A DNA stretch of 63,725 nt, counting the filler, from Basidioascus undulatus (taxonomy: Eukaryota): assembly GCA_000826855.1 (NCBI GenBank). It is 8 parts of 8 records of this genome, joined end to end, with 100 filler letters (N's around TTAATTAATTAA, not from the genome) between each part and the next. Parts side by side here need not be neighbours in the genome. Positions count along the whole stretch, not along the records: positions 61,039 to 63,725 come from JTLS01002670.1; 7 more parts are not named here. One strand, given 5' to 3'. Below the pieces are notes generated by a model that searched no databases, had not been told where the DNA came from, and was given only the letters and a program-made list of their open reading frames with translations. Shown here one piece after another: positions 61,039-63,725 of the stretch (the stretch's first letter is position 1; each line of letters begins with the position of its first letter). Both the position numbers and the translations under genes were made by a program.

Positions 61039-61530
61039 CCCCTCCTGCCCCGGCGTTCTTCGTGCGCCCCCCGCCGCCACCGGCGGTGGGCGTGGGGATC
61101 GCGCCGATGGCCATCTTGGTGCGGCACTCGGTGCAGTACCACGTTTCGGGGAGGGGCGGCTTGACGCCGACGCAGCCGACGTGGAACCACTCGAAGCGGC
61201 AGGTGTCGGAGTCGCAGCCGATCATCTGCGGGAGCGGTTCAGTTTGAGGGAAAGGAAGAAGGGAGAGAGACGGGGTGGAGAGGGAGGGAGAAGAGAGGTG
61301 GGAAGGGGGAAGAGGGAGGAGGGCAAGGAAAAAGGAGGGAGGTGGAAGGTGGAAGGTGGAAGGTGGAAGGTGGAAGGTGGAAGGTGGGTTCGAGAGATGG
61401 AAGGAGAGGGAGACGAAGACGCACCTCCCCAAAGCTCTTCCTCTGGCAGAAGCAGTACAGATTATTATCCTCTTCCCCATCGGGGGCATGGTTCCCACCG
61501 CCCTCCTCCGCGTCCCCTCCGCCACCCCAC
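61039..61530 (-). CDS. C-terminal PHD finger of an ING-family protein (Yng2/Pho23-like), fragment of 2 exons
   Basis: DGEEDNNLYCFCQRKSFGE | MIGCDSDTCRFEWFHVGCVGVKPPLPETWYCTEC is the ING PHD consensus. No N-terminal ING domain is present upstream. Confidence 0.88.
61341..61387 (+). repeat. Heptanucleotide microsatellite (GGTGGAA)n, about 6.5 copies, intronic
   Basis: ggtggaaggtggaaggtggaa... directly visible. Confidence 0.9.
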
Positions 61531-63177
61531 GCTCCGTAACCACAGCACTAACCAGCCCCGCCGGGGTAACATCAAAGCCCGGATTATAAACCCTCGCCCA
61601 GTCCTCCTTCCCGACCTCCTCAGGCGCAACCCGGACGGTCGCCTGCCCGCCGACATCCTCGCCGCGCACGACCCGCCCGCGGACCTCGCATGCCTCGATG
61701 GCGGGGCGCTGCTCGATCGGGATGGAGTCACCGGACGTAAGACAGGGGTCGATTGTTGCGGTGGGGGCGACGACGAGGAAGGGGAGATGGAAGTGCGAGG
61801 CGAGCAGGGCGGACTGGAAGGTCCCGATCTTGTTGGCGGTCGCGCCGGTGAGGGCGATGCGGTCGGCACCGACCGCTGCGCGGAGGGGAAGGGGCTGGAG
61901 TCAGCAGTCCTGCTTGGGTCGGGCGGTAAAGGGGAGAAGGTGGGAAGGGGACGGAGGGTGGAGGAAGGAGGGGGGAAGGAGAGGGGGAGGAGAGGGGGAG
62001 GAGAGGGGAAGGAGAGGGGAGGGGAAAGGGCAAGAGGGACGCACCGACAGCGTGCACCGCCCCGGACTGCATGAGCGAGCCGACGGCGGTGTCGCAGACC
62101 ATGCACGAGGGGATGCGGAGCGTGGTGAGTTCGAGGGCTGTGAGGCGGGAGCCTGGGGCGTCCAACAAATCAGGGTCAGCACACTCTCCTTCCATTAGAC
62201 GAAAAGAGATGAAAGGAGGGAAAGGCAGGGAAGGGGAAGGGGAAACGGAAGGGAGAGGGAAGAGGAGGGGGAACGAGAACGGGAAGGCGGAGCACCTACC
62301 CTGGTGGTAAGGCGTCGTCTGGGTGTAGTAGGCGCGCTCGAGCCGGCCGAGCTCGTGCAGGCGCGTGATGAGGCCGAGGGCGGTGCCGTAGCCCTGTAGG
62401 TGCGTGGGGTTCGTGTCAATCAGCGGGTACGAGGAGAAATGGAGGCTGGGAAGGCCGAATGGGCGCAGGAAGGAAAGGAAGAGGCAAAAAGTGGTCGAAG
62501 GAGGCGGGTGACAGGTAGGACTGAGGGATGAGGGAACGCACAGAGGTAGCGAGCGACCCAGTGTTGCACACGGTGAGGACGCTGATCTTGCCCCCCGCGG
62601 GGATCTTGCCCTCCTTCTCGAGCTTAGCGAGGACCCACTTGGCGCCGTGGTCAGCCATGGCCCTTCAAAGCACCCATCAGCACCCCACGGCAGAGTACAG
62701 CAAAGGAAAGAAGGTGGAGACTCACATGTTGCGCCCGACGTCCTCGCTCCACACCGTAATCCCCTCCTCCACGACCTTCTCCCTAACTTCCCGCACATCC
62801 TCGCCCGCCTTCAACGCCCCTCTCAACCGCTCCAGGGCAATCCCCAGATTCACCGCCGTCGGGCGCGCAGTAAACAAGTACTCGCAATGTCCCTCCACAT
62901 ACTTCCTGAACGCCTCGATGCTCGCGAGGTGCTCCGACCCCTCCGGGAGGGCGACGAGGTCCTGCGACACCGAGAGAGTCGCGAGGGACGCCAGCGCGGG
63001 CGCGCCGCGGATGTTCATGTTGCGGATGGCAGACCACGCTTCGGGGACGGAGGAGATGCTGAACCAGCGCACTTCGTGCGGGAGCAGGAGCTGGTCGACT
63101 ATGGAGAGGGTGATGCGCAAAGGGGTAGGCCGCGAGAAGCGGATGGACTCGAGAGGGGCGGGGGAGGTGGAGGACAT
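61520..63177 (-). CDS. MRI1: Methylthioribose-1-phosphate isomerase (methionine salvage), multi-exon; true C-terminus not seen
   Basis: IVDQLLLPHE, AWSAIRNMNIRGAPA, LFTARPTAVNL, VLTVCNTGSLATSGYGTALG, TTPYHQGSRLT, VGADRIA.TGATANKIGT and VYNPGFDVTPAGLVSAVVTERGV. Confidence 0.95.
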
Positions 63178-63577
63178 TGTCGCGTGTGGGTAGGTGGTGA
63201 GCAAGGAACAGGAGGAGGAAGAGGAGGAGGAAGAGGAGAGAAGTGCTGGCACTGGAGGACAGGGCAAGGAGAGAACGTGCGATGGCGCATCGCGAAAGCG
63301 TCTTCCTCCTTCATCACGTGCATACTTCTGCTATGAAGCCCTAAACCCCGATGTTCAGCTGGCTATCGCCGACGGTCAAACGTCCACGCGTGACGCGTGT
63401 TCATAAGGTTCAGTTATCCTGTCCTGCAGGAGACGCATCCTGCGATAGCGTCCTCCTAGCGTAGCGTCCAGCAGTTGAACCGCCGCCGCCGCAGCAGCAC
63501 CTTCTCCTGCTTCTGCGCACCGGTTGCTATCAAACCCTCCTCCCCTCCTCCTCCTCCCACCACCACCACGCACCACC

Positions 63578-63725
63578 ATGGCGCACCCCTCCTCCCATTT
63601 GACTCTCGCGCCCACCACCACCAGCGCGACCTCAACGACCTCCTCGACCACCAGCTCGACGTCCTACCGCCCGCGCTCGCCCCTCCCCCCGCCGCTGCAC
63701 TCCCCGCGCTTCCCCACCTCCTTCC
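63578..63725 (+). CDS. Probable 5' end of a gene divergent from MRI1 (low-complexity N-terminus)
   Basis: ATG in CACCATGG context, with the frame open to the end of the window. Confidence 0.4.
   Translation, partial: MAHPSSHLTLAPTTTSATSTTSSTTSSTSYRPRSPLPPPLHSPRFPTSF

Noticed and set aside
63314..63320. TCACGTG (Cbf1-like) box upstream of MRI1
   Set aside because: A single short motif that could easily occur by chance.

Overview
Eukaryotic DNA from a GC-rich, intron-rich fungus. Gene content and GT..AG introns with CTRAC-type branch sites suggest a basidiomycete. The window is not one locus. It consists of eight contigs (about 23.4, 2.7, 2.7, 2.7, 2.7, 2.7, 23.4 and 2.7 kb) joined by 100-nt N spacers carrying TTAATTAATTAA, so adjacency across gaps means nothing. 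Recognisable genes are NPL4, CMC1, LIP5, a J-domain/ankyrin protein, TFIIB (SUA7), SOF1, two tandem tRNA-Ser, CSN7, a kinesin, SOS7, a Zn2Cys6 transcription factor, a DNAJC3-like ER co-chaperone, HEM25, an amino-acid permease, a membrane aspartic protease, DBP7, acetate kinase, MRI1 and an ING-type PHD fragment. There are also decayed EZH2-like, HNH-nuclease and carboxylesterase genes and a CpG-depleted repeat island. The most notable observations are: (1) an Npl4 lacking the Cys ligands of both zinc fingers and ending in a Rad23-type UBA domain; (2) an oscillating C-rich/G-rich strand skew along genes; (3) an E(z)/PRC2 pseudogene; (4) a DBP7 start codon split by an intron; (5) an out-of-frame MRI1-ING junction that is probably an assembly chimera. 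All calls are manual motif recognition without database searches, and exon boundaries are approximate.
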